Shown: one piece after another, positions 40,362 to 51,835 of the stretch
Layout of the letters: the number at the start of each line of letters is the position of its first letter
How positions within the stretch are numbered: the stretch's first letter is position 1
From: a virus
Taxonomy: Duplodnaviria > Heunggongvirae > Uroviricota > Caudoviricetes
IMG/VR virus record: IMGVR_UViG_3300042934_000212
Length of the DNA stretch: 64,000 bases
Reading direction: 5' to 3' (one strand)
The notes under the pieces: generated by a model
What the model saw: the letters and a program-made list of their open reading frames with translations, nothing else
What the model was told of the DNA's origin: nothing
Database searches by the model: none
Translations under genes and position numbers: made by a program

Positions 40362-40673
40362 TTAGTTCCCCTGACATTCAAGTACTTGTTTAATACGAGT
40401 TACAGAGCGTTTGGTTGGGTTAATAGAAGAACCCTGATACCAGCGTGACTCGTCGGATAGTACAGAGTCTACCACAGCTTCAGATTTTGGTACAACGATA
40501 TTCATACAGGTTTCACCCATACTGTCTTTAACGTGTGACCAAATGCTCAGCGAGAAACGTTCAATCTTGTTACAGACCTGAACACGGCACATTGGCTCTT
40601 GAGTGAAATCACCCGCAGCCATTGCACTTTGAGTTGTTGCCAGCATCAGTACCGCCAGAAGCATTTTTTTCAT
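40362..40673 (-). CDS. secreted/periplasmic Cys-containing protein
   Basis: Signal peptide MKKMLLAVLMLATTQSAMA; four Cys. Confidence 0.6.
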   Translation of the reverse strand: MKKMLLAVLMLATTQSAMAAGDFTQEPMCRVQVCNKIERFSLSIWSHVKDSMGETCMNIVVPKSEAVVDSVLSDESRWYQGSSINPTKRSVTRIKQVLECQGN

Positions 40674-41005
40674 TTTTTTCTCGTTCAGAAGTTAAAAGTA
40701 CAATCTAGATGCAAAGAATGCCCTAAAAATCAGGGCATGTCAATATAAATTATAAATTTATTTTGGAAGATAAAGGTATTCGAAGAACTGTACTTCACAA
40801 CCTTCATAGATGGGATTAACTTGGACAATATTCTTGACTAGTTCTTCAAGTGCATTACATTGCCAAGCTTTGTTTTGTTTGAAACGGAGTACTGAACCTT
40901 CATGAACGATCCAGTACCGATTCTGATAAACGGTACTGTTATTGGATGGTTCTTTTAGTTCAATGATAGGATATTTCAGAAATAACTTTTCATTGAAAGC
41001 CACAA

Positions 41006-41704
41006 TCAATCCTCGCTGGTGGACTCGAAATCTTTACCACGCTGTAGGTACTCTTTACCGCGTTCAGCAGCCTCATACAAGGTGCGACCAAAGAAGGTGT
41101 GGTGCCAGATACCTTCAGCGTCTAAGCCTTGGTATGGTGCGTTGCGGTGGCGTACAGCCCAACGTTGACGCTCATTATAGCCGTCAGTCATGCGTGGGTC
41201 ATCAGTGTTGAATGTTACAGCCCACTCGTTGTTAATGTCAATGACTTCATCCATTGAACAACCAAAATATTTGAATACTTTGGTACTTTCATCTTCATGC
41301 TGGTCATTACCATCTTCACCATCACCAGTTTCTAGACCAAGTACTAAAGTTAGTGGTGCATTAATGTACTCATGCATGTTTTCATCATCATCATATTCAT
41401 GACCAGTTAAAACCCACTCAGAACCATCCCAAATATAACAGTAAGATTCTTCATCAAGTGGAGTATCACGTACTTCAAATTCAACACCAGTTTCGCCACG
41501 ATCACGACCATAGTATTCGGTACTTTCAACAGTATCGCCAACTGAAGAAATGAAACCTAGTGATACTAGACTTTCTGCAAGTTCCTGTGAGTTGTAGTTA
41601 AAGACTAACTGAGAACCAACACCAGCCGGATAACCATCGAAATTGCAGTATACTGAATGATACTTATCACCGACTTTAACGTTAATATTGCTACTAGTTG
41701 ACAT
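41006..41704 (-). CDS. hypothetical protein (SxYCxxDGYP family, fused to a second domain)
   Basis: SVYCNFDGYPAGVG..L...YNS motif. Confidence 0.6.
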   Translation of the reverse strand: MSTSSNINVKVGDKYHSVYCNFDGYPAGVGSQLVFNYNSQELAESLVSLGFISSVGDTVESTEYYGRDRGETGVEFEVRDTPLDEESYCYIWDGSEWVLTGHEYDDDENMHEYINAPLTLVLGLETGDGEDGNDQHEDESTKVFKYFGCSMDEVIDINNEWAVTFNTDDPRMTDGYNERQRWAVRHRNAPYQGLDAEGIWHHTFFGRTLYEAAERGKEYLQRGKDFESTSED

Positions 41705-42940
41705 TATTTTTCCTTATTCGAATTCGTTTTCTTGTACTTCATTTTTCTTTAGAAATACTACATGGTACTTATCGCCACAGCCATTGTCTGCGTAGACTTT
41801 ATAAAAGTCTTCATCTTCATAAGTGACATAACGAATTTCTAAATTATAAGTCTGACCTTCTCCTTGGAAAAGGTCTTCTTTATTTCCGTCAGTGTTATAA
41901 GAAACACTGTCGTTATCCATTCCTTCGCGACACCACATTTCTTCATTCAACTCAAACTCTAAACTAAATTCAGATTCATGTGAGTTGAATTCTTTATGCA
42001 TTTGTACTGCAAGTTTTAGTGCTTCGTTACTAGTCATTAATACTTAAACTCCTGTGAATTACGTTTAGTTACGCCATGCTGATGAAAGCGTTCGTATGTT
42101 TCTTGCCATTTAGTGTTTTTATACTCTGTACTCATCTCCACACAATCATAACCATCATTATATCCATCGTTTGCAGCATCCGTTCCAGTTTTCTGACCAG
42201 GTAATACTTCGATGAATTCGTCACATGAACAGTACTTACAACCTACTGGTTCCATATCGTCATATGAATCAAAATGGCGTTCATACGTATGACCACATTC
42301 ACAAATGCGTTTGTCACCGTACTCAGGATTATAGCGGTACTCTATGTGTACTATTTCTTTTATAATATATGGCTTTTGGCTCATGATGATTGTTCTTCAT
42401 CCTTTTGTGCTTTGCCCCATTCATAACCACGTTTATAGTTATCATGTAGGCGACCTTCAGCAATACCTGCTGCTCCACCTAATCCTGATAAAAAGTCTAA
42501 ATGAGGATTTTGATATTCCTTATTATCGTAACCCTGCTCTTTACCTGCATAGAATGCTGCTAGTTCATCTTCTTCAAACATTAGTCTTTTCTCGTAAAAG
42601 TATGGAAATCTTCATCTGCCTGTTGTTCTCCAACAATAGCTTTATGCATTTCGTATTCTTCTTGACGTGCTTCTTCTGCGTCTTCCGCTTCGTAACGCTC
42701 ATCTTCTTCCTGCTGCATCATCTCTAGTAGTTCATCTAGACGATCATACATAGTAGTTACTTGGTCATATAGAGCATCGAAATATCTGCGTTCCGATTTA
42801 GATAGCTGGTCTGGATGGAAACCTTCTTCGTACATCTTATCAATTAGGTCTTGCATATCGTTTGAAGTATTTTCAAACATAACGTATGACATATTAGGCA
42901 TTTTAATTATTCCAGTTGTTTTAAGTTTATTATACTATCA

Positions 42941-43411
42941 TTAATGAAACATGACAGCACCATTATTAGAGGCAAATTCAAACATAGTTTTCCATTCCAT
43001 ATATTTTGTTAAATCATAGTCTTGAAAATATAAGTTAGCTTGTTCTTCATAATCACTGAAGTCTTTATATAGTTTAGTACTACACATAGTTCCAATTACT
43101 CCTTCACAATCAGAGTAATTAATTAGTTCATAAAATGCATAATATCCATCAGCATCTACTGGTAAAGTCTTTGAGAATTCTCTCAATAATTTACGCCAAC
43201 TATTATATCCACCATATGACCCGGCTCTCATCTTCACACTATCGTCGTAACTGTAAGCATATTCGGAGTCGATATCTATATGCTGATAGCAGTCTTTATC
43301 CGTATGAATATAAAAATACGTCCAATTATTTTCGTAACATTCATCAAGATCCATGTGTTCACGATTAACTTCTTTCTTTATATTGCTGTAAGCTGTAATA
43401 TCTAATCCCAT
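42941..43411 (-). CDS. conserved phage hypothetical protein (MGLDI family)
   Basis: MGLDITAY...RAGSYGGYN.WR...ELIN.SDCEG.IG. Confidence 0.65.
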   Translation of the reverse strand: MGLDITAYSNIKKEVNREHMDLDECYENNWTYFYIHTDKDCYQHIDIDSEYAYSYDDSVKMRAGSYGGYNSWRKLLREFSKTLPVDADGYYAFYELINYSDCEGVIGTMCSTKLYKDFSDYEEQANLYFQDYDLTKYMEWKTMFEFASNNGAVMFH

Positions 43412-43604
43412 TATAAATCTAGCTCCTCATTATTCCTTTTCAATTTGCCATTCTTCGAATGTCAAAGAATTTTCGTTGTTCTGTACATCACTAACGTTCT
43501 GTACTGAATCAACTCAATTCCAATCTTAATTAAAACGTTAAACACTTTACTACTGACGAGATTTGTAGAGGACATTTTCATCCCCCCGCAGGGGAACGAA
43601 GACG

Positions 43605-44093
43605 TAAAAAAAGTACACAAGTGTGTACTGATTTTTCCTGACGATGATAGTCGTCGGAATCTGTCGAATTGTGAATTTCTCTGAATTTAAGATACAACTT
43701 CATTGTATAAATTATGAGAGCGAAAGCGGGTTGCTCGGTAATCTCTCTATCACAGTCATGTGCAACGGTCGTAGGTTTAAACATGCCTACACTCAGTACT
43801 GAATCTATTCGACCAAATCAGTACCTGCCATTAAATGGCTCCCTTAGCAAATTGGTAAGTGACCTTATATATCTATCAAGGAAACGCTGATATGCCTAAT
43901 GCGTTTCTTTATAGTGCCGTATTGCCGTGATTCGTAGTCTTATGTCGGTTTGTTTGACTGCTAGTACTCTAACGGGTTTCTTCTGCACTTCGTACTGATT
44001 GAACTACTCATCTGCCATCTACGTTTTCGATAGGATCAGGTTTTACTCATCAAGGACATTCCTTGTCAATCAGAGTTGTATCTTAATTCTGTA
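43605..44093 (-). ncRNA. putative large (~400-490 nt) structured non-coding RNA
   Basis: No credible ORF; promoter immediately upstream; 13-bp inverted repeat 43687-43699/44074-44086; terminator-like hairpin+T-run at ~43605-43629. Confidence 0.55.
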
Positions 44094-44098
44094 CTTCA

Positions 44099-44129
44099 AT
44101 TATACCATAAAATTCTATGGCGTTTCATT
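44099..44129 (-). promoter_or_regulatory. conserved phage promoter
   Basis: ATGAAA-CGCCATAGAATTTTATGG-TATAAT. Confidence 0.75.
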
Positions 44130-44140
44130 TATCTCAATTA

Positions 44141-44169
44141 AAAAAATACCAGCACTAAGGCTGGTATTT
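44141..44169 (-). terminator. rho-independent terminator
   Basis: AAATACCAG-N-CTGGTATTT hairpin with T-run after the 632-aa gene. Confidence 0.75.
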
Positions 44170-44176
44170 GGTAGTA

Positions 44177-46075
44177 TTATAGGTCAGTTTTCTCAATTAG
44201 CATAACGTAACCATTTACTAGTACTTCATAGAATGCAAAATCTGGTACATCTTCGATGCGTAGTAGTTCATCATCGTAAGTATACTTCTCACGAATCTCA
44301 TCGTTGAATAGATGGATTGGTAGATAGAATTCTTCAGCTTTGAATTTACTGGTAATCTTAACTACGTTCGCTTCTTCTTTACCTAAGACTAGACTCACAC
44401 CGCGACTACGATGTTCAGTACGTTCTTTCTTGGTTGCAAATGCAGTTAACTTATCCCAATCAATGGTTAGATTAACTTCATTCTTGAGACGTTCGAAATC
44501 ACGTTCCATATCTAGTAGTGCAGTTCTGATTTTAGCAGTACTTTCACGTACAAAGTTGTTATGTTTAGTAACACGAGACATAAATTCACCAACCATGTCA
44601 CGTTCATATACCTTATGGAAATCCGTATAGAATGCTACGTTATCTGATTCTTTCTGAACCCAAGCTGGAGATAGATTGTCCATCATTTCATGGAACTTTT
44701 CAATCTTGTCTTCTGAAGTTACACCATCTTCACTGTACTTAATCAATAAGGTAGTTGGTGAATTCAAACTCCAGCCAACAACATTGTGTTTAGTAGCGTA
44801 GTTATCAAATTCACTGAAACTAATCAATGCAACTTTTAGTTCAAATGTTTCGGTTACAGTATCTGCAAATGATGTCATTTTATTGAAAAATTCTTCTTCT
44901 TCAGTAGTGATATTAGCAGTGGGTATTTCAGAACGAGAACCTAGAATTTCATCTGCAAATGTTTTACCTGGTGAACGAAGATAGTCAATGTCCTGCTCTA
45001 ATTTAGTTTTCACTTCAGGAGTTTTGATATTAATACTATCATTAGTGCTAACTGAAATATCACCATATGATTGTAGTGTAATTTCGTTACCATAAACATC
45101 AAGTTTAACAGCTTCTGCCATAGTTTCGAAATTAGCACCAATTTCAGAAAGACCATTTATGATTTCTTTCATTTTATCAGTATTAACTTCCTGATCATTT
45201 TTATAAACTTTGTCACCTAGAATATTAGTCTTCGCTACTGGACGGTCATTTTCAATATCGTCAAATGCTTTCATAATATCTTCAATTTGTGCAGTACCAC
45301 GAACCTGTGTCACATTTTCGTTGTGTTTAATTGCACTTTCAATTTGAGTATTGAAATTTTCATTAACTTCAGTAAATGCGGAATTAAGCTCAAACTTACT
45401 CTTATCATTGCGAAGAATTTCAGTCCTAACAATTAATACAGTACCGTCTACTGAGTTATAAGATTCTGGACTGTACTTCAATTCGTATTCATCTTGTAGA
45501 AGAATAATATTATTATCTTCTGCAAAAATCATTACAGTACCGTTATTAACACTGATATTCCCTAAACTAACACGCTTTCTGCGTACCAGATAGTCGTCTT
45601 TAACTTCTTGTTGTGCGATAGTTGCTTTGCGAATGGACTCGTTGATTTCTGCCATTTCTTCGTCAGTATAACGCTCGATGACAATATCAGTATCTTTAGG
45701 AAGACTATCATAAATTGATTCCATTGCTGCTAAATCAATATCTGATAAATCGGGTTTATCTTCATCACTATGTTCAATAGTAACTGCAAACTCACCAACT
45801 GGAATAGTTTCTAGAAGGACATTAGGGAAGTCAACTAAGAATTGATTGTAGATGCCCTCAACATTATGGAACATGCCAGAAGTTTCTACGGTAATTCCCA
45901 ATTCAGCATGTGGATTAACTACATGAACGACGATTTTGTTTGGTGATAAGAAATAACCACTAACCTGTTCATTTTGTAGTTCTTTAGTAAGTACATTGAA
46001 TAGTTCAATATCGTACTTACAATCCTGAATATCAATTGTTTTAATTTCAACTTTGGTAATCATAATACACTCCAT
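44177..46075 (-). CDS. large acidic hypothetical protein
   Basis: 632-aa ORF, no motif recognised. Confidence 0.7.
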   Translation of the reverse strand: MECIMITKVEIKTIDIQDCKYDIELFNVLTKELQNEQVSGYFLSPNKIVVHVVNPHAELGITVETSGMFHNVEGIYNQFLVDFPNVLLETIPVGEFAVTIEHSDEDKPDLSDIDLAAMESIYDSLPKDTDIVIERYTDEEMAEINESIRKATIAQQEVKDDYLVRRKRVSLGNISVNNGTVMIFAEDNNIILLQDEYELKYSPESYNSVDGTVLIVRTEILRNDKSKFELNSAFTEVNENFNTQIESAIKHNENVTQVRGTAQIEDIMKAFDDIENDRPVAKTNILGDKVYKNDQEVNTDKMKEIINGLSEIGANFETMAEAVKLDVYGNEITLQSYGDISVSTNDSINIKTPEVKTKLEQDIDYLRSPGKTFADEILGSRSEIPTANITTEEEEFFNKMTSFADTVTETFELKVALISFSEFDNYATKHNVVGWSLNSPTTLLIKYSEDGVTSEDKIEKFHEMMDNLSPAWVQKESDNVAFYTDFHKVYERDMVGEFMSRVTKHNNFVRESTAKIRTALLDMERDFERLKNEVNLTIDWDKLTAFATKKERTEHRSRGVSLVLGKEEANVVKITSKFKAEEFYLPIHLFNDEIREKYTYDDELLRIEDVPDFAFYEVLVNGYVMLIEKTDL

Positions 46076-46086
46076 GTATATAAATT

Positions 46087-46569
46087 TTAATTATCTTGAA
46101 GAACAGTTCTAATATCTTCAAAATTGGCACTCAACCAATCAAACCCTTCTGGTACAATAACTCGACCATAGTAGTCGTAGTAATGTACGAAAGGTAAAGT
46201 ACTTTCTTTTAGTAATGCTGCAATCTGTGGGTTGTGTGCAATTTTGCAGATGAGCATGTTTTCCATAATCTTAAGATCATCGTCGGTCAATCCCAACACA
46301 TCTAATCTATCGTTACGGTATTTACGACCAGCTTTCTTTGCCTCAAAACCTGATAAGGTCTTAAGATCATTATGCTGTTGTCCAGTAAGATACCAGTACC
46401 AGAAAGCTTCTCCTGATGCAAAGTACCCATACGGTTCATATGTAAAGGGGGAATACGCAAAGTTAGATAACAATCTACCTAACTCGGTTTTAGCTTGACT
46501 GTAGATATTGATGTGAGTTATGCCGTCTTCTTCTGGATTATAGATAGGGGTACTATCAAATTCAAACAT
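46087..46569 (-). CDS. NADAR/YbiA-like protein
   Basis: INIYS....LGRLLSNFA.SPF...F.S.EAFW...AKK.GR pattern. Confidence 0.5.
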   Translation of the reverse strand: MFEFDSTPIYNPEEDGITHINIYSQAKTELGRLLSNFAYSPFTYEPYGYFASGEAFWYWYLTGQQHNDLKTLSGFEAKKAGRKYRNDRLDVLGLTDDDLKIMENMLICKIAHNPQIAALLKESTLPFVHYYDYYGRVIVPEGFDWLSANFEDIRTVLQDN

Positions 46570-48168
46570 AACTTTTCCAATAAAAATCCCTCTAGTGAGG
46601 GATTCTATTTATTAATGTGCTTCGTCCTGATGGTCTTCGCCTGGTGCACCGCGAGTTCGTTCAATATCAACGTATACTCCAGTAGCATTTTTAGCTTGAC
46701 ACTGATCCATTACCCAAGAGTATTGAGTACTGGCATTTGTAATCCAACCTTTAGTCTGACATGAACTCATTTTAAAAAGTTTAACAGAACATAAAAGTGT
46801 TGCGACAATAAATGCAAGTAGCATTGTCTTGAAGAAACGCTTAAGGTTGTCTCCGATGATTAGAACGAAATCATCTTTTAGGTAAAAACGTGAAAAAAGA
46901 TACCAGATGCTAAAGTTAATAGCAAACGCACCTAAAACTACTAACATGTATAGTAACATAACTTCCTCTTACTTGTTCGGCACACAACGTGCTAAGGTTG
47001 AACTGAATTTAGAACCAACATAGGATTTGAGTATTTCTGTCTTCACTTCTTCACAACGTACTTTTGATTCGTAGTTGCCTACGCTGACAGTACTCATTGA
47101 TGAATTGCTGCTAAGCACAAGTGTAAGAAGAATGCTATACATGTTAACTCACTCCAAATGATGTTAGAATTTGGTGTACAGACATTAGACTGAATTCGAA
47201 CCTCGTAGTCGTGTCAATCTGGAATGCCTGAGCCTCAAAATCAAGTCTATCAAACCAAAACTGATCTATCAAGTACTTTTCGCTTCCAACGTACAATTGA
47301 AAGTAAATTTCATCATAATTCCACGACGATACGATTTTTAGCGAATCAAAAGAACCCCCGCTGAAATCAACTATAGCGTATCTATCTGGACTTAACCTTC
47401 TGTACCAGGTATATCCTTTTTCAGTACGTTGTACTGTTTCAATCGAATTGAGAGTTATGGAATTACCATTAGGCAATCTCTGAAATATGCTTTTGTCATA
47501 ATTGGAAAACATATCAGAAAGTGTTACTAGCTTTTCAATTTCATCTCTCATTCGAAAATCTCTCGTACACATCAATCATACATAGAATACTTATATCACC
47601 ACCGCCAACATCTTTAATGAATGCTTCAGGTGAATCGTACTTAAACCATTCTCCATTAGCTAATACATTGTGATCATGAAAAATTACAGTATGCACATTT
47701 TTCAAGCCGTCAGTATCTAATGAAGTAAAAGTAGTATAGTTAGAATTCCACTTTTCAGATACCTTTATCATGATAAGGCGTTCTTTAGTACAAAGCAGTT
47801 CAACTTGATAATACATTATTTGATCTAGATTAGTAGTAGTTATTGCACCGGTTATTCCACTGGCTTGTTGATATATACCGGTAATAGTAGTTACGGTTTT
47901 ACCTACTGCTACTTGGACATGGGCTGGTGGATTAGGTTGGGGTTTGTTGTATTGGAATGCATTGCGGGTACATTTGAAAGAGTACACTCCTTCTTTCACA
48001 AGAGTTATGTTAGTTTCACCATAACCATAACTTCCTGCACAATCAATTACATCAAAATTACATTTTTTAATTATGTCTAGTAAGTACTCAACATCTTGAT
48101 ACCAAACATCAAATGGGATAGTAGGGGTCATTAAAAATCCAAAAAGCTGCCCCGAAGGGCAGCATTCA

Positions 48169-48723
48169 TTAACGTAGTTTAATTACTTCTTGACGACCTG
48201 TTTCGAAAGCTTTAACAGTACGGTCATCGGTAATAACCTGACATAGTTTATCAATGTTCTTACCTGGGAACTTGCTGCTCAAAAACATACTTGACCAGAA
48301 TGAACCACGGAATTCTTCGTAATCAGAACAGGCATCAATCTTTTGCTTTTGTGCATTGTTGAACGCGTCACGTCCAGCATCAATTGTTACCATCAAAGTC
48401 TGATACATTTTAGGAGACAAGTTAGGCATATTCTGGTTCACGAAAGAACGAATATAGTTTTCGTCTTGTTTGCCGCGACCTTCAAAATAAGCTTTAAGTG
48501 TCTTCTGCAAGTCTTCTGCATACATCGCTGGAATTTGAGCTTGTTCTTGTACTTTAAGAGTATAGGTGCTCAACTGCGTTTGACTTGCAAGGTCATAGCG
48601 TTTGATATTCGCTTCATAACTGTTGGCTGTATTGTACGTACCGGTATACTTACCAGCAACACCAAGACCACCAACCACAATTACTACAAGTACAGCGATC
48701 AGTAGAATCAGACCGTTTTTCAT
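48169..48723 (-). CDS. membrane-anchored LemA-like protein
   Basis: N-terminal TM helix followed by helical domain; coupled to the upstream membrane protein. Confidence 0.5.
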   Translation of the reverse strand: MKNGLILLIAVLVVIVVGGLGVAGKYTGTYNTANSYEANIKRYDLASQTQLSTYTLKVQEQAQIPAMYAEDLQKTLKAYFEGRGKQDENYIRSFVNQNMPNLSPKMYQTLMVTIDAGRDAFNNAQKQKIDACSDYEEFRGSFWSSMFLSSKFPGKNIDKLCQVITDDRTVKAFETGRQEVIKLR

Positions 48724-49814
48724 AAATCATTCCTTACCATGTATAAGCCAACACCAATTGAGATAGCCGCAGCTAGGATAGAACACAAAATTACTACCCA
48801 CAAACTAGGCTCTAGTTTATATTTCAAGTACTCGAATTCTTTATTAGGAAGTCGCTTGAAATGTTCATTCACATCTTTAACCAACTGCTGAACAAGGACA
48901 GGTGACATTTTTTCAGTCATTGCATCCATCTTCATTGTACTGTGAAGAAGTTCGTTCTGCATTCCCTGACCGAATGACGTACTGCTAAAGTTACTTACAG
49001 TATTCTCATCATCCAAACCAATGAACATTACAACGTCGTTCTTTTTACCACCCCGCCATTTAGCGGTTAGAGCTTTAACAAAGTTCAGATCGGATGCTGG
49101 GTACATTACCATAACAATGTTGACCTGCTTCGCTGCTCCCATATCACGTAGTGCTAAGTTGATGTAGTCATTGTACCCTGTACTATCCGCTTTAGTCAAG
49201 TTCAAAACATGATCAACGCGATAATAATCATACACTTCAGGATACTCAGGTAACTTCTTCTTATACTCTGCTGTGAATTCTTTTTCGTACTGTTGCTGGT
49301 AGAAAAGAGAATCTTTGTTACCGAGCAAATAGTTAATGTAGTTGCTTTCTGCACTTGCCGGATCACCCAAGCGAATATTAGCCCACCGTGGCGGCATTAA
49401 GGTGCCTTGAGCATTTATGCGTTCAATGGTATTTGAACCTACTGAACTGCGTACATGCCAATCAACTTCATATGAGTAATCAAAAACTTTATATGACTCA
49501 CACGATTTTTGACGTTTACCTTTGCTGTCAGTATAATACGAACAGCGTTCTTTCCAGTGATAGTTTTTACATGAACTATTTTGAGTACATATTTCAACTT
49601 CACGAGATTTAGAAAGTACTTTACCGTTAAGAATTTCAGTATCAATCATGGATGCGTACAAACTTGCATACGTCAATCCCATCATTAATGCAATACTTAC
49701 ACACGCCGCTGCAAAATGAATACAGAATTCTTTGCCACTGATTTCGTGTTTGTAATAGTACTTCATTATCAAGCAAATCAACAACGCAGGTAGTGCAATA
49801 ATGATGAAGTTCAT
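48720..49814 (-). CDS. membrane protein with a periplasmic domain (WxGGKKNDVV, TPM-like)
   Basis: Two N-terminal and one C-terminal TM helices. Confidence 0.55.
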   Translation of the reverse strand: MNFIIIALPALLICLIMKYYYKHEISGKEFCIHFAAACVSIALMMGLTYASLYASMIDTEILNGKVLSKSREVEICTQNSSCKNYHWKERCSYYTDSKGKRQKSCESYKVFDYSYEVDWHVRSSVGSNTIERINAQGTLMPPRWANIRLGDPASAESNYINYLLGNKDSLFYQQQYEKEFTAEYKKKLPEYPEVYDYYRVDHVLNLTKADSTGYNDYINLALRDMGAAKQVNIVMVMYPASDLNFVKALTAKWRGGKKNDVVMFIGLDDENTVSNFSSTSFGQGMQNELLHSTMKMDAMTEKMSPVLVQQLVKDVNEHFKRLPNKEFEYLKYKLEPSLWVVILCSILAAAISIGVGLYMVRNDL

Positions 49815-49881
49815 TTAGTTCTGCTCACGATTAATTTATGTATACATAGTAAAGTACTTTCAGTTTTAAGTCAAGCAATTT

Positions 49882-50553
49882 TTACGCTTTTGTTTTAAAT
49901 TTTTCCATCATGTAAGAAGTAAATAAAGCCTCTTTAGCTGCATCGAATAATGGATTGTGTAAGCACAATGGGAACATGATTTCTTTCTCATTCACTGAAT
50001 CACAGAATGCATCTAAATGTGGTTGTACAGCTTCTTTCATTTCCAACTCGTCTTGTTCAGACATAAGAAGACGTAAAGTACGAACATTGTTTGGTGAACT
50101 GTAATGCCATAATGTACCGTTGTTAAACATCACACGATGGTTTTCTTGAAGAATACTACAGTCAAAATGACAACCATTACCGAATACTTTCGTTTCCATC
50201 GAAGGTTGTCCAATAAACTTAGCAAGAGCACTAGGAACGTTGGATACTTCTAGTGGTTCATCATTAGAACTTAGATGGATTGTAGGGGTTTGGATATTAA
50301 AACTTTTTTGCATTTCACATAGTGCAAGAGGGAATTGCTGTGCACAAATATTAAACCAGAAGTCCAATGTACGGGCATCCATTTTAAGACCATTATCAAG
50401 TTGATCCTGGATTGGAAGCTGAACATACATCCAACGCATGTCGTGTGTAAGTACTTCAGGGATTTGAACAATTGCGTAGTTAGGTACAACTATACCATAA
50501 CCTGAATTCTCTGGTGTAGCTAGTGATTCAATGTCTAGACAAAATAAATTCAT
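49882..50553 (-). CDS. DEDDh 3'-5' exonuclease (DexA-like)
   Basis: LDIESL, GNG..FD..IL, HNPLFDA motifs. Confidence 0.8.
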   Translation of the reverse strand: MNLFCLDIESLATPENSGYGIVVPNYAIVQIPEVLTHDMRWMYVQLPIQDQLDNGLKMDARTLDFWFNICAQQFPLALCEMQKSFNIQTPTIHLSSNDEPLEVSNVPSALAKFIGQPSMETKVFGNGCHFDCSILQENHRVMFNNGTLWHYSSPNNVRTLRLLMSEQDELEMKEAVQPHLDAFCDSVNEKEIMFPLCLHNPLFDAAKEALFTSYMMEKFKTKA

Positions 50554-50613
50554 ACTTTTCCTTTTATATGAAAAAAGCCCCCATCAGGGAGCTTTCCAAT
50601 TAAGTGCTTATTA

Positions 50614-51759
50614 TTAACGTTTGTTAGCAATATCGCGTAGTGCGATTTTCAGATCCTGATCCATTTTGGACATTTGGATTGCTGCTTGCTTACGTTCTTC
50701 ACGACCAGCACGTTCGATACGGATGGTTTCATTAATACCATTCAACATATCGGTTTGGATAGACTGCAAAGTACTCAAGTCTACTACGCCACGCTGGTTC
50801 GCTGCTGCTGCATCTTTCATGTTCTGTGACACGGTTTTCGCGTTATCCTTCAACAGACGGTTAGTTTCGTTGTCGATCATATTCGACAGTTCGTTGTCTT
50901 TCTTCTGCTGCAAGCTGATTAGTGACAGACTCATATTGTTCTGCCATGCTGGAATTACAACAGTGTTAAGAGATTCGAACTTCTCAACAGTGTTCATATT
51001 CACTTTACGCATTGACGCAATCTGAGGTGCAGTCAACTTAGCAAGCTGAATCAGACGACGAAGTTTGTCGGCCTGCTTATCCAATGCATCGGTAAGCATA
51101 CGCTGATCGTCGAGTACGTTCATTGGAGTATCAGGGTTTGCCATCAGTTCGGACAACTTCTGATCTTCAATTGCTTTCACTGGCTCCAGATGTTCCAGAA
51201 TGTCACCAAGCTCATGCAAGTACTCAATGTTTGCATCATAGGCACTTTCAAGCCATACGGCTTCGCCACGCATACGATCAATACCAGTACCTAAAGTTGT
51301 TGAAATTTTGGTAATCTGGTCTTTACTTGTTTCGAACTGATCAAGTACTTTCTGTTTGGTATCACCGAAGATGTTCCAAACACGAGCCAACATACCTGAA
51401 CGTTTCTCACCGAGGCGTGAAACATCTACCTTACGAGTTAAGGTAAGAATGTTGGCAATACCATCACCAAGTTCACCAGTATCTGCAACTTTAACTTTAG
51501 AAAGAATTTCTTCTGAAAGTTTACCAATGCTCTGACCTGCATCAGAACCCAAAGTATGGATGTTCGCAACAGTCAGTTGAATTTCAGTACCTTTCGAGTC
51601 GCGAAGCACTGGCAGGTTTTTCTCTGACTGTTTGATTTCTTCCTGGTCAAAGGTCTGTGCTTCTTTCTGCTTAGTTGCAGCAGGTTTACGCTTACGCTGT
51701 ACTGTTTTCTTCGGCTGTGGTACTTCTTCGAATTCGTTAGATGCGTTGGTAGTTGACAT
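50614..51759 (-). CDS. telA: TelA-family toxic anion resistance protein
   Basis: Helical coiled coil; PQI..M...N..L.EK......VIPAW, TN.LL..NA, RGVVDL.TL. Confidence 0.85.
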   Translation of the reverse strand: MSTTNASNEFEEVPQPKKTVQRKRKPAATKQKEAQTFDQEEIKQSEKNLPVLRDSKGTEIQLTVANIHTLGSDAGQSIGKLSEEILSKVKVADTGELGDGIANILTLTRKVDVSRLGEKRSGMLARVWNIFGDTKQKVLDQFETSKDQITKISTTLGTGIDRMRGEAVWLESAYDANIEYLHELGDILEHLEPVKAIEDQKLSELMANPDTPMNVLDDQRMLTDALDKQADKLRRLIQLAKLTAPQIASMRKVNMNTVEKFESLNTVVIPAWQNNMSLSLISLQQKKDNELSNMIDNETNRLLKDNAKTVSQNMKDAAAANQRGVVDLSTLQSIQTDMLNGINETIRIERAGREERKQAAIQMSKMDQDLKIALRDIANKR

Positions 51760-51835
51760 TATTTTTTAATCCTGTTTCTTAGTTAATTAGAGTATCGGGC
51801 TGATGTAAACATTCTACCGATACTCGCATGATCTG

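Noticed and set aside
43578-44205. Small ORFs 43578-43784 and 43999-44205 as genes
   Set aside because: No RBS or typical composition; they overlap the hairpin-rich non-coding unit.
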